DNA of 63,833 nucleotides, counting the filler, from Choristocarpus tenellus KU-1152 (lineage: Eukaryota; Protista; Phaeophyceae): NCBI GenBank assembly GCA_964200185.2. It is 10 parts of 10 records of this genome, joined end to end, with 100 filler letters (N's around TTAATTAATTAA, not from the genome) between each part and the next. Parts side by side here need not be neighbours in the genome. Positions count along the whole stretch, not along the records: positions 50,952 to 54,182 come from CAXNAD020021377.1; positions 54,283 to 60,663 come from CAXNAD020008262.1; positions 60,764 to 63,833 come from CAXNAD020022530.1; 7 more parts are not named here. The stretch is one strand, 5' to 3'. The translations under genes and the position numbers were made by a program. Positions 52,637 to 63,833 of this stretch are shown here, in pieces. Within the stretch, counting starts at the first letter, position 1; each line of letters opens with the position of its first letter. The notes beneath the pieces were generated by a model. That model worked only from the letters and a program-made list of their open reading frames with translations. It did no database searches and was not told the DNA's origin.

Positions 52637-52706
52637 GACCAAAAGTATCGAGGAGGGGGGGGGGGGTTCTACACCAGGGTGTCCATTTGAACCAAAACCA
52701 GGAAAA
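52637..52706 (+). mobile_element. MITE-B left fragment
   Basis: GACCAAAAGTATC-polyG-CTACACCAGGGTGTCCATTTGAACCAAAACCAGG. Confidence 0.8.
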
Positions 52707-52709
52707 CTA

Positions 52710-53260
52710 AAATAAAAATAGGGGTTCTGAAGATCCCTCGTAGTGGGTAAAACTTTTGTGCCTCGACTGCAGCTGTAGCTTTACCATCACTGCTAATGGA
52801 TGATTGGTCAAATGTGACCGCCTGTTTAGACCCCTACAAAAGCAACATCTAGAAGTAGGCCTTTGTCCCCAGTAGGTAGAGACCTGAGCCAGGGTCAGAT
52901 AGTGCCCTAGCATGGAACACCATGTTTGCACAGAACTTCCTGTCCACTGTGCGAACAGGCTCTTGTCCTCCACAGAGCAAGGGATGCCCATTCCCCTGTA
53001 GAGTTGACCGATACGATTCATTGTAGGCATGTAGTGGTGAACCTTTTCTCCCAGTCTAGGGCAGGTGCGTGTGCATGTTGGGTGTCAACAATGTGGTCTT
53101 GCACCCATCCACGCATTGGATTGGACCTCGTCTCTCCCTCTCCCTAGAGGCCTGCTGAAAGCAACTCTAAACTCTACCGGAGGAATCTGGTGTGCTGGTT
53201 CCAAGGGCTGTGTGGAGGCCCATGCATTGACCCCTTGCCCACAATGGTTCCAGTGGCAGG
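52710..53260 (-). mobile_element. CRE-like non-LTR fragment, copy 3 (degenerate)
   Basis: ORF RIGQLYRGMGIPCSVEDKSLF is homologous to copy 1 (RLGQLCKGMGIPCDIEDDSPF). Confidence 0.6.
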
Positions 53261-54427
53261 ATAGTAAATATAGCTATACAGCCCTACAGTCACAATAAAC
53301 CACAGTGGCAAGGAGTCCATCATGCACTGAAACTACGTACTTCGCTTGTTCACCAAACTTTAGGATTCGACAGAAGGTTTTGACATTAAGAGGCTACCTA
53401 CCTACCCTTTGAAGGGACGTTTTGCATTGATTTTGGGTTTTGAATGTCATACACCAAGGTCCAGATGTGGTACAGTGATATTCCAAACATTTTTTCGGGT
53501 GGTATTGATGTATCCCTTGTGAGAGGGACAAGGGGGCCAACATACAACATGCTACGACCCGTAGTCAGAGGGGCATTGCAAAAAGAGAACAGTAAAAAAA
53601 GGAAGAACGATCGACCATCACCACAGCAAAAATAAAAGAAGCACCGACTCAGGATTGAACCAAGGACCTGTAGATACTCTACACTTGACACAAAGAGAGG
53701 TGGGGATGTTGAAATGCAATACAGAAATGAAAAAATAGGAAAAAACAAAATACACGGAACAAATTCAAAGGAGTAATTTATCACAGAAAAAGAAGAAAAA
53801 GGTCCAGTCAACTCCAGCAAGAAAAAGGAGGAAAACATGTACCAGCTCCATCATCAAGAGCCACAGTTCAAAGAGGAGCATACGCCAACTCAGGGTTATA
53901 TAACAATCAAAGAGTTCTTCTCCTGCTGCCCATGTATAGTGCTGCAATGTGGCATACGTTGCTAACACAAAAGGACCTTGCCATTTGTAAGGATAGGGTC
54001 CTACTGCTGTCTCAACCATAGGACATCGAAGCAACTAATGGAGAACTTTTCTCTCTGACATTGTCAAATGTTGTCTTCTCTCTCCCTCTCTCTCTCTGAG
54101 CATTCCCTTCAAGATCTGCAAGACAGTTAAAAGGGGATGAACCTATCACACCAAAATATGACACCTCCCTCTCCCTGGACACNNNNNNNNNNNNNNNNNN
54201 NNNNNNNNNNNNNNNNNNNNNNNNNNTTAATTAATTAANNNNNNNNNNNNNNNNNNNNNNNNNNNNNNNNNNNNNNNNNNNNAGCGCTGCATCCCCCACC
54301 TAAATATAATCAATCACTCTACGGACACCAAGCAATCTCGCCGGGTTTATCACCTTGATCCTCTTTGATGATTTTGGGGATACTTCAACAGTATCCTTTT
54401 CCTCCTCTCTATGGTTCGCCTGTAGAG

Positions 54428-57400
54428 TCATCCGTGCCTTGCGTTTGTTGGCACGCTGGGCAGCAGTCTTATCGAGATTCCTTTCTCCTTCTCCTTTAAT
54501 TGTTGGCCCCCCTCCTCGATCTCGTCCTCTGTCATGAATGACCTAAGGTCAGGTGGCAAGGCGGTCTCATCATGCACACCTTCGTAATGCACAGAGTAGA
54601 TACATGCCCCGGAATCGTCTATGTCAACGTCACGGACTTGCCCCCAGAAGATAGCATCTCTACTCCCGCACAGGATGAAAGTGGTGCCTCGGCTGAACTT
54701 GGCATTGGATGTGTCTCCACGTCTGCGTTGTCTTGAGAAGCGAACAGGGATTCCGCCGAGGGATTGCCGATTGGATGCCACAGTGAATCTCTGGTATTGA
54801 CCGGGGAGGATGGTGTAGGTATCGTCGAGAGCCAAAGTATCTTAGAGGGTAGAGCCCCGTCCATTTGGGGACAAAAAATCCAATTTTGTGCAATTTTGAA
54901 GTAATTTTGGCTATCGTGTTTGTTAGGAAGTGTCAATATCCATGTTCCGGACACCCCTTTTCCTATCATACACACTTTACCTACTCCCAAACATTTTGGA
55001 GTAGGGAATTGTCACAAAAGAATCCATGGGAGGCCAAGCCCCAAATAGACAAACAGGGCAAAACTCGTAAACCCTCTAAGATACTTTCACTCCGAGGTTG
55101 TTACGACGAAGGTGTGTTAAGTCAGGCTCGATGATAGCCTGAAGTGGGACAACATGGGGACCCGGTTGAGCGGCCTGCAGTTCGATCACGTTTTTTGGTG
55201 TTGATGGGGTTGGGGTGGCGGTTTAGACCTTGAAGACCATCGTGTGAGAGACGGACAGTGATGATGGTGGATAGTTGTTGTTTGGCGGAGTGTCGTGCCC
55301 ATGGTAATATGAACCAAAAAACGAATATGAACAATGACAAAATCTACGCAGAATTATATCGTATATAATACAATACCGTATATAAACAAACACCCACAAA
55401 CACCACCTTGTCACCAGCACTGAACATCCCTCCGTAGCTGGAATGGTCCCTGGAGTTCCATTTCAAGGTCTCCTTGTGTATGGTGAACGGCAGAAACTCC
55501 AACCCATCATATTCCAATGACTCCGTCCGCACAATGCATATATTCCCCACTGCGAGCTGTCTCTTCTTCCTAGAGAGATGGCTCCTAAGGTAAATGTCAC
55601 ACACATCGTCCTCGGAGGAAACTCCGAGGGGGATCTCCTTGAGTGCAAGCACGTGTGTGCCCTGCCACTTGCAGCCCACGAGGTTGAAAATTGAACAGCT
55701 GGTGCAGTAGCATGACACCTCGGTGTACATGACGTTGGATGATTTACCGTTGGCACTTGGACTGGTGAAGAACCTGTGCATGGACTTGATGCCGCCGAAC
55801 AGGGGGACGCGGTGATCATGTCATCCCTTCCGGTCGATCTTGTAAGCCGAGAGGTGAACGATCTCCTGTCTCCTGATGGTATCATTCTGTAGTAATTTAG
55901 CGAATGTCTTGGAGTGTACTCTGCCGTCGCTGTCCACCCAGTCCTAAGGAGTATGGTATTGTCGTGCGGCGGAAACTTAGATGCACATATTCTTCACTAT
56001 GTCAAGTGCAAGGATATCAATGTTGCGGAATTATCGCGAGAGAGAACAATATTGAATTATGGTGTAGTCGGATAAAAAAAATTTAATGGTGATATTGATG
56101 CGCAGGCAAAGGGCGTTTCTTTTTTCGTGTGCTTCGAACCTTAAAGGAAGAAAGACACGCAGGATTGGATGCTGGAATGAGTGTGTTGATAGTCCTCGTG
56201 TGTGGTGGGTTGTGGAAGAGAAGTTGAATACCAGTCTAAGTTGTTGTCATTTGTGTTTACGCCCTGACTGTGAAGGGTAGGTGTTTGTAATAGATAGTTA
56301 CTGGGATTCAAGAGGTGTTGTACGTAGGAGGGTGCAGGGGGACGTACCAAGAAATGTCGATGCTAGTTGGAGATTGTAACAAATGTGGAATAAAAGGGAG
56401 GATTTATAGCGTGTGCGGATTGGGGGGGGGGGATACCTGACCTTGGTGACGACAGTCTGTCCTGGAGGAACCTTGCGGTCCCTACGGAGGCACCCCTCTT
56501 CCTCTGGCGTTGGATCCCTCAGCGAATATTGTGTCTTGGTGGCCTTCAATGTCTCCACCAAGGACGAGGTTCCCGGCATCCGTACCTCGTTCAGCTCCAG
56601 CCTCCTGGCGGCTGCCTTCACCACAGTCCCAACTCCATCCGCCATGGATTTGCCGTGGCACGTGGAGAAGAAGTTGTGCACCACTGAAATCCCCATCCAC
56701 GCGATCGCCTGGGAAACCCACCACATCTGCCACTGGTTCTTAAACTGACTACCACATCCATCAGATCAGATGCGGAGGACCTCCATGTCGAATAACCTAG
56801 TGTTATCCTTTTACGTTATCTGTGCTGACCCAAGTAAACAACATAGCTTATATGTACGTTGAACTTTAGTTTAGTACAATACAAGGTAGTAACGTACACA
56901 GCGGCATGTTATGGTGGGTCAATGGGACGTTACAAATGGTTATAGTGGGACAATAGCATCAAGTGGACAATACCTTGCGTCTAATTAATAATTCAGTGTG
57001 TGCTTTACCATGTAATTCAACTGCTAGCTTCCAGCGACGAGCCTTACGTGCGCCAAGCTTTTCAACACTCCAGGGTCTGACCATATTCCCGTGCCAAAGG
57101 CATTAAGTGGCTGCCGATGAAGATCACCATCGCGTTCTGGACGAATTTCATTGTCCTGACTCCGGTCTTCACTACAAATTGCAGTGCTGTGAGCGATATC
57201 CTCCCCTGCCACAGATTTCCCCCTTCCCTCGTGTCCCTCAACCACCAAACAATGGTCAAGAGCGCTGTCAACAATAAATTGAAAACATCTTGTTGTATTA
57301 GGTCCTGGTGGCTGTGTGGAAGCTGGGAACTGAAGTCAATGGATATGGCAGCGTGACCTTCCGGGAGGCGGGATTTGCAATGCTTATATTGCCGTGCCTG

Positions 57401-60050
57401 CCAGATGGTTGTGTTGTGATGAAGGAAAAAATGACTGTTTAAGTTGGTGAAGAGGACCTCGAGGAGTGTGGGGAACCCCTTCGTCCGTGGGAATAGGACC
57501 TGGTCGTACAGAAGGGGGGCAATAGTTCTCTGGGGTCACGTTTTATATATAGGAGGAGGGGGAGCCATTTCTACCAAGCAACGTGTTTTCTGTTGCGGAA
57601 AACCGTGCGTGTATCACAACCAACATGTATAATGAAAACACAATTTTATGTATCATACCATTTCCCATTTCGAACTTTTTTCAAACGTTTTGTTCCATGT
57701 GTTGTTGTTCCAACATTTTGTGTTATCATCAGGAAATACTTTTTTGGCATAGTTTATTTAATTTGAATACATATTCCGCTCTTGTTGTTGCTACTACTAC
57801 TATTACGAATAGGACAACCATTGCTTTAACAGATACCCTATTAAAAAGGGATCCATTACTAGACCAATAAAGAAGTTATTGTGTTACTCAATAACAAAAA
57901 TGTGCTGCTGCTGCTGATGATGATGATGATATCACTGATAGGATCCGATGAGGAAGAAGAATACGATTGACCCCCCCTCCAACACCCAACATGTCAAACG
58001 CTTCAAACTCAAGAAGAAACCTCAGCCAGGGTAACATCGCCTCCATCCCTCCATCCCAATGCCATACACTGAAAAAAGACTATTAAATATTAATACTATT
58101 GTTGTGGAGTAAATATATGAAAAAGAAAGGAGATATCTAAAAGAGAACAAGCAACATTCAAATCCTCATCTGTTGTTTACGATGAAGTAAACAGCGTAGG
58201 ATAAGTACGACAATAATATTCTATCTCTTGTTTAAAATGAAGTAAGCGGGGTAAGATCAACACCACAATAACAGTTGTTGCTGGAGTATGTGGGGTGGGG
58301 GTTAGTACAGGAGAAGGCAAATACATCATCACATATGCGGTGTCCACCGCATCCCATTTGGTCCTGATGGCCACATACTGACCTTTTACTTCGTGTTGGC
58401 CTTGTCCAAATAAACTGTGTTGTCTTCGTCGTCGTTCTCTTCGGTTGTTATCCTCCTCGAGATGGGGTTCGACTCGCCCGCCATGCAAGTGGCAAGGATG
58501 AAATCGTCGGTCATTAGATTCTTTGCCCTGAATACCATGTACTTCGCCTTTATCCTCTCGATCATTTCATCCTTCATTGTGCTGTTGGGGGCTACGAGCC
58601 CAAGATGAGATGACAGTGCCTTAGGCATGGTAAGTTGAAGACAGGGGTTGTGTTCTGGTGTTAGTGGGGGCGTGTTATTGAAATGGAAAGAGTGTTGTTT
58701 TCCAAAAAAATGTGTGGCGTCAGAGTAACCTCTACGATAATACAACAAAAGAGAGACGAATAATTTTAATAATTGACATGCATAGTGCTATTGGGTTTCC
58801 AGGTGCATAAGCACATTTCACACCCACCTTGATCTCCTTGGATATTTTTCCTGCTAGGTCCCCCTCCACAATCGGGGTGTATGCGTGGAAAAACTCGTTC
58901 TATGTTGCCGTGGTACTGTGGGCGTTGATCATACAAGGGCACTTCCACATGGGGTGCTTAGTCCAGTCGCAAATATTGCATGTTCCATCCGCACAAGATG
59001 TTTTATAACCACCTTCTGAATCACCCATGGACTGCTCACCCAGGGGCTCGAGGGTGGTCCTCTCACACCTGGGCAGTCGTATTGGAAACATTGTGGGGGG
59101 GGGATTCGGTTAACGTCCCGAATTGGATACATGAAATGGTATTGTGTTTGTTTAAGGGCATACGGGCAAGTTGGCTAACATTGGGCATGGACGACAACTA
59201 GTAGAATTGATAGAAGTCATTTTGTTTGTAGGCTGGTGTGTGTGGGGGAGGATGGTATGTGCATATGGTATTAATATTGTGGAAGGTTTCAGCATTGGTT
59301 GGACGTTGTTGTTGAAGCTTCGGACCAGCATAAGACTTACTTACATGAGGAAGTCCATCATATTCATAGCACTCTCGAGTGCAGTCTTCACATCTTGAGA
59401 CCCGCACCCCTTGCCCTTGTCACAGAACTCACAGGTACAGGCGCAAGTGCGTTGGCCATCGTCACCAACCACCGACCGAGAGTGTGCTTTGTTCCAGTTT
59501 TCCCTCAGGCATTGGACTAATAGGTCGCTGGTCATGTGGTGAACGCAAACGCATGTCCTGTATTACACGCAAGGAGAGAAAGGTAGGTAGGGTCTCGATA
59601 GATTTTTGGTGACTGTGCACGGGGCAAAGATCGAAATGTGCATCGCAGTTGAGTTGGTGGCAGTACATGGAAAGTGTTGAGCGTTGGCGCAGTCCAATAT
59701 GTTGTACGTATCTGTTCGAACAAATAATGTGTGAAATGGTTGTGTTTCTCAACGCACTTTTGAGTTGCCTCGGTGATGTAGAAGGATCTCCACTTAACAA
59801 ACGTAGACATGCACGGTATTGGCCAATCTGTTGCCTTCATCTCAAACCTATCTTTGAAGTTTGCGTAAATATCGTCGTCGGTTTCAATCTGTACCCTGGT
59901 TTAAACGTGTGCACTGGGGGGAAATATAATATTCATGTCATCGGGTATATGTTGTTGTATTTTCGAGTTGAGATTGTACAAAAATTGTCGGGGTGAAGGA
60001 GCAGGAAGATTATAAGCGCTTTCGCTTTCCTACAACGTTATTATAAAGTA
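54428..60050 (-). pseudogene. Sola2-like DDD transposase gene, intron-containing and decayed (stop, frameshift, MITE insertion)
   Basis: Motifs in order on the minus strand: IYANFK..STFVKWRSFYI (~59870-59780); Cys clusters CTCEFC and CADGTCNIC (59450-58965); ISIDFSSQL..QDLIQ (~57345-57295); RI*SDGCGSQFKN (TGA at 56768-56766 where W is expected); HNFFSTCHGKSMADGVGTVVK (56680-56615); HRF...SCYCTSC (55780-55695). The DF, SDG..QxK and HGK..DG.G..VK set is the Sola2-type catalytic core as I recall it. Confidence 0.78.
54829..55092 (-). mobile_element. MITE family A inserted in the Sola2-like gene
   Basis: Flanks cga/cga; removing it restores an open frame HLRRNNLDDTYTILPG on the minus strand. Confidence 0.92.
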
Positions 60051-60534
60051 CCTCTGAGCGTGCTGCTGACACAGTGCATCTGGGTGGCACACCCTTTTAT
60101 TGGTGTTAGGGTTGATGTTGATGATTTGTGCATTGTACTGGTGTTATCTTTACTTGCTTCATTAAACTTATCATCACAAAATCGTCATCAATTACCTTTT
60201 AGAATATCACAGTACATAGGAAGCACCAGAACAGTCGCTACCTATGGCACATACACGCATAATATGTCGCACATCACTTCCCTTAAATATTGATTCAAGT
60301 TGGTCTTCTTGTTTCTTGTTTTTCCCTTTCTTCTTCACACAAGAAGTCATCAGTTGAAAATCATGTGTTGATTGTCATTTTTCTTGGCTGGCGTTGCCCC
60401 CTCATAAGACATTAACCTCACTCTGCACTAATTGTACCTGATACACACCGGATGGAATATACTTAGAGTTAAAACATCCTCATAAACCCTTCTCAGCCAA
60501 GGCGACAAGCAAGTCTCTTCGCGGAGCGTGCACT

Positions 60535-60623
60535 GAGTGAAAGTATCTTATAGGATACGAGTTTACCCTGTTTATCCGTTTGGGGCTTGACTTCTCACGG
60601 GTTTTTTATGACATTTTCCTACT
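60535..60623 (+). mobile_element. MITE-A left part, interrupted by MITE-B
   Basis: A sequence runs to the hairpin arm ...TTTTCCTACT, then GGCTCAAAGTATCTGGG begins. Confidence 0.85.
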
Positions 60624-60663
60624 GGCTCAAAGTATCTGGGAGGGGGTGGCGGCTGTCCATTTG
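60624..60663 (-). mobile_element. MITE-B terminus nested in MITE-A, at contig end
   Basis: GGCTCAAAGTATCTGGGAGGGGGTGGCGGCTGTCCATTTG. Confidence 0.82.
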
Positions 60664-60763
60664 NNNNNNNNNNNNNNNNNNNNNNNNNNNNNNNNNNNNN
60701 NNNNNNNTTAATTAATTAANNNNNNNNNNNNNNNNNNNNNNNNNNNNNNNNNNNNNNNNNNNN

Positions 60764-60821
60764 CCAAAATGGACACATTTGTCTAGAATCCCCCCCCCCC
60801 CCCGCCCAGATACTTTGAGCC
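60764..60821. mobile_element. MITE-B terminus at contig start
   Basis: AAATGGACAC...polyC-CAGATACTTTGAGCC. Confidence 0.8.
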
Positions 60822-61439
60822 ACGGGCAGCTGTTGGGTCAGCACCTGCCTGGGGCAAGTGCTGTAAACTCAAGGATGAGACATATCCTACACTCCCTTCA
60901 CCGTTTCAGGTAGTGTCTCTGGACAGACTCACGTCAACCTGACCTCCTTCTCCATCATCAGGGGAAGGGTCAACAGCCAGATCCTTGAAAATCCGACCTA
61001 CACTCCCTTCACCGAAGGGATGATCATTAGCCAAACTGTCTCCTTAGTTGCCAAAGGATGGTCTCTATCCTAGTACAAACCTGTCCTCGCTTCCGTCGCT
61101 ACAGGAAGAGCAATCAGATAGAGATGAAGTTGAGGAGTGAGATGAATAAATAGGTTATAGATCTAATGGTGGGCCACCTGCTTCGACATTGGATTACTTG
61201 TCCTCAGAATGAGGGCCTGCTTCAAGCCCCCCTCCCCCTCCCTTCGCAAAGCAGGGGCAACCTCTCCTTCCTGGAGCAAGACTGGGGTCATTAGGGGACA
61301 GCCAGGTCAGGTCACACTTAGTAACATTGGCACCGGTCAGAATATGAACACAGTACGCATGACGGAGGTGATTGATCCCCGATTCCAGGGAAAATCATCG
61401 TTGCGCCCTTCGAAAAGTCGTACGGGTCTTACTGAGACG

Positions 61440-61699
61440 GAGTGAAAATATCTTAGAGGGTACGAGTTTTCCCCTGTTTGTCCATTTGGGGCTTGGCTTT
61501 CCATGGTCTCTTATTATGATATTTTCCTACTCCAAAATGTTTCGGAGTAGCTAAAATGTATAGGTTGTGAAAAGGTGTGTCCGGAACATGGATGTTGACA
61601 CTACCTAACAAGCACGATAGCCAAGATTACATCAAAATCGCAACATTGGATTTTGGACCCTAAATGGATGCGGCTCTACCCTCTAAGATACTTTGGGTC
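61440..61699 (+). mobile_element. MITE family A in copia relic
   Basis: Both TIRs present; flanks gacg/(g)gacg. Confidence 0.9.
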
Positions 61700-61857
61700 G
61701 GACGGCAAAAACCAGGTTGAATATACTGATAGTTCAACAGGGGAGCAGGCATGCCACACCATATTTCATACGGTGAATTGCAACCAGGATAAGCCATGGC
61801 CGATGTGCGATTGAGTGAGTCACAGACATAGTGTTGATCTTCAGCACTGAGAGAGAA

Positions 61858-62115
61858 GAGTGAAAGTATCTTAGAGGGTACGAGTTTTTCCATCTTTGTC
61901 CATTTGGGGCTTGGCTTCCCATGTTTTTATTAATGCCATTTACCATTCCAAAATGTCCCGGAGTAGGTAAAATGTGTACTCCATGAAAAGGTGTATCTGG
62001 AACAAGGACAAGGACACTTCCTAACAAACGAGATAGCCAAAATTACACCCAAATCGCAACATTGGATTTTGACCCCCAAATGGACGCGGCTCTACCCTCT
62101 AAGATACTTTGACTC
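61858..62115 (+). mobile_element. MITE family A in copia relic
   Basis: Both TIRs present; TSD agaa/agaa. Confidence 0.93.
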
Positions 62116-62338
62116 AGAATGTATTGGGGATAGTGAGATGGGGAAACGTAGTGGAGCTTGAAGGCGGGCAGCTAATGAAGCTTCATCAATGATACCCAGC
62201 ATGTGTTCAGCAACCCATTAAATTGAGGACTGTCTGCAGGTGTAAACTCCTGTTTAATCCCGCGTTCACGGCAAAGAGCACCGAAAGCACCCTCATGAAA
62301 CTCCCCCCCATTATCACGCCACACGAACATGACCCAAA

Positions 62339-62591
62339 GAGTAAACGTATCTTAGAGGGTAGAGCCGCGTCCATTTGGGGACCAAAATCCAATGTTGCGA
62401 TTTCGATGTAATTTTAGCTATCGTGTTTGTTAAGAAGTGTCAATATCCTTGTTCTAGACACAACTTTTCATAACGTATACATTTTAACTAGTCTGAAATA
62501 TTATGGATTAAGTAAATGTAATAAAACCCCCGAGGGAAGTCAAGCCCCAAAAGGACAAACGGGGAAAAATCCGTACCCTCTATTTTCACTG
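62339..62591 (-). mobile_element. MITE family A in copia relic
   Basis: Full body with a small deletion in the terminal TIR. Confidence 0.88.
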
Positions 62592-62994
62592 AAAGGGAGT
62601 GAGTGTACCGTCTGCCTGGATATTGGTCAGGTACTTTGTGAAGGCTTCAGCAGCATCAGACATAAGACGAAGGAAATACAGCCAAACAAAACGAGAATGG
62701 TCGTCCGGAATAATCATGGTGAAATGCTTACCGCCGAGCGAAAGGATAGCCTTCTTTCCACTTAGATCGACCAGATCCGGCCCAGATTTCTCACCGCCCG
62801 CGAAGACATGCTTGATGGGATTCCCTTCTGTATGCCTTTACTCGTTGAGCAGCCAGGACATGCCTCCAACTCCCCCACCAATGTAATGCCCATTGAAGAG
62901 GCAGTGGACTTGAGCAAAGCCTCGTGAACATGGCCATACGCGCAATGGAAATAGTTAATATCCACCTCAGTGTGGGGGGCAGAGTTGTTTGGGT

Positions 62995-63170
62995 GAGTGA
63001 AAGCATCTTAGAAGGTACGAGTTTAACCCTGTTGATCCGTTTGGGGCTTGGCTTCCCACGGGTTTTCTATGACATTTTCCTACTCCGAAATGTTTAGGAG
63101 TAGGTAAAATGTTTAGGTTATAAAAAGGTGCGTCCAGAAGAAAGATAGTGACACTCCCTAACAAACACAA
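62995..63170 (+). mobile_element. MITE family A, 3'-truncated
   Basis: Left TIR and hairpin present; breaks after CTAACAAACACAA. Confidence 0.85.
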
Positions 63171-63833
63171 TATTGTGTTGGTAGTCGCCTCCTCGATCAA
63201 CTTTGTCGTCCCATAACGTTTGACCAACGACGGTTTTATTGATGAAAATTCGTTTGTAGTAATCACACAATCATGCTTAACCTTATTTGATGGGTCTCGG
63301 TTGGTCAACCTGCAGTAATCGTGAGAAATACAAGACCATACTTAAATCAAGTAGTCTGTGTGTGCGGTTCGCGCGGGGGTGCCATGTGGCGCCCCCACAT
63401 ATGCATTGGAGGACGATTTTGACGCCCGAAGAGGCCATCTTCACCCGGAGAACATGCGCGTTGTTGTCTCTCTATTCTCTTTCTATTAATTCCCGTTCAT
63501 GCGATGTTGTCACCTCGCCGACTAAGGCTCACTCATGGGGGCCTGGGCCTCTGAACCAGACAATCATTGCCAAGTCAAATTAGGTATTTTGAAGGTGCAG
63601 GCCTCCTGTGAGACTTAAATGTCTTGTACACACTGTCCAATTTGGTGCACTCCATGCCTTTCTCGTTGGAATATATCAGGTGGTAAGCAGTACTCATCCT
63701 GAAGAACCTCTTCACATATACTCTGGACAGCCCCCCTTCCTCCATAAGACTGACAGGAGTGTTGGCTCTCACTCCAAGCAAGTGTAGTCACAGTGGCCTG
63801 GTACATAGTGCTTCGCCCGACCCCATACCATCT

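Larger units (their letters stand above)
61200..62990 (-). mobile_element. Decayed Ty1/copia GAG-pre-integrase and integrase region
   Basis: DINYFHCAYGHVHEALL..CPGCSTSKG, IIPDDHSRFVWLYFL, RDNGGEFHEGAFGALCRERGIKQEFTPADSPQFNG and CDSLNRT..SPYEIWCG. Interrupted by three MITE-A copies. Confidence 0.88.

Noticed and set aside
56766-56768. TGA at a conserved Trp position as evidence of an alternative genetic code
   Set aside because: The same gene has a frameshift and a MITE insertion, the first host gene ends in TGA as a stop, and TGG is used for Trp elsewhere. Simple decay explains it.
1437-63170. MITE-A as a CRISPR-like array or as an Introner (intron-generating element)
   Set aside because: Copies are dispersed, in both orientations, with TIRs and TSDs and no spacer periodicity. 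None forms a whole intron in a host exon, and the ends are not consistently GT..AG.

Overview
Eukaryotic, intron-rich, transposon-dense DNA, most consistent with a flagellate stramenopile such as a brown alga or relative (inferred from HYDIN, the copia/gypsy/CRE-like relics and TTAGGG repeats; not proven). The window is not one locus: nine artificial 100-bp linkers (N44-TTAATTAATTAA-N44) join about 10 contigs, so adjacency across them means nothing. Spliced host genes reconstructed by hand: the 3' part of an ARM-like gene (71-2315, +), an ankyrin-repeat gene ending in a polycystin-S1-like transmembrane helix (14339-20274, +), ADA2 (24872-21433, -), an apparently complete FYVE-less ZFYVE19/ANCHR-like gene (46090-43328, -) and a C-terminal HYDIN fragment (46826-50036, +). 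The dominant signal is a DNA-transposon system. About 20 copies of a ~258-bp MITE (family A) and about 12 copies or fragments of a ~175-bp MITE (family B) share terminal and subterminal motifs and mostly 4-bp TSDs. A decayed, intron-containing Sola2-like transposase gene (~54430-60050, -) is the likely type of enzyme that mobilised them. Decayed Ty3/gypsy, Ty1/copia and CRE-like non-LTR retrotransposons are also present, several interrupted by the MITEs. All family assignments come from motif recognition by eye; no searches were run.
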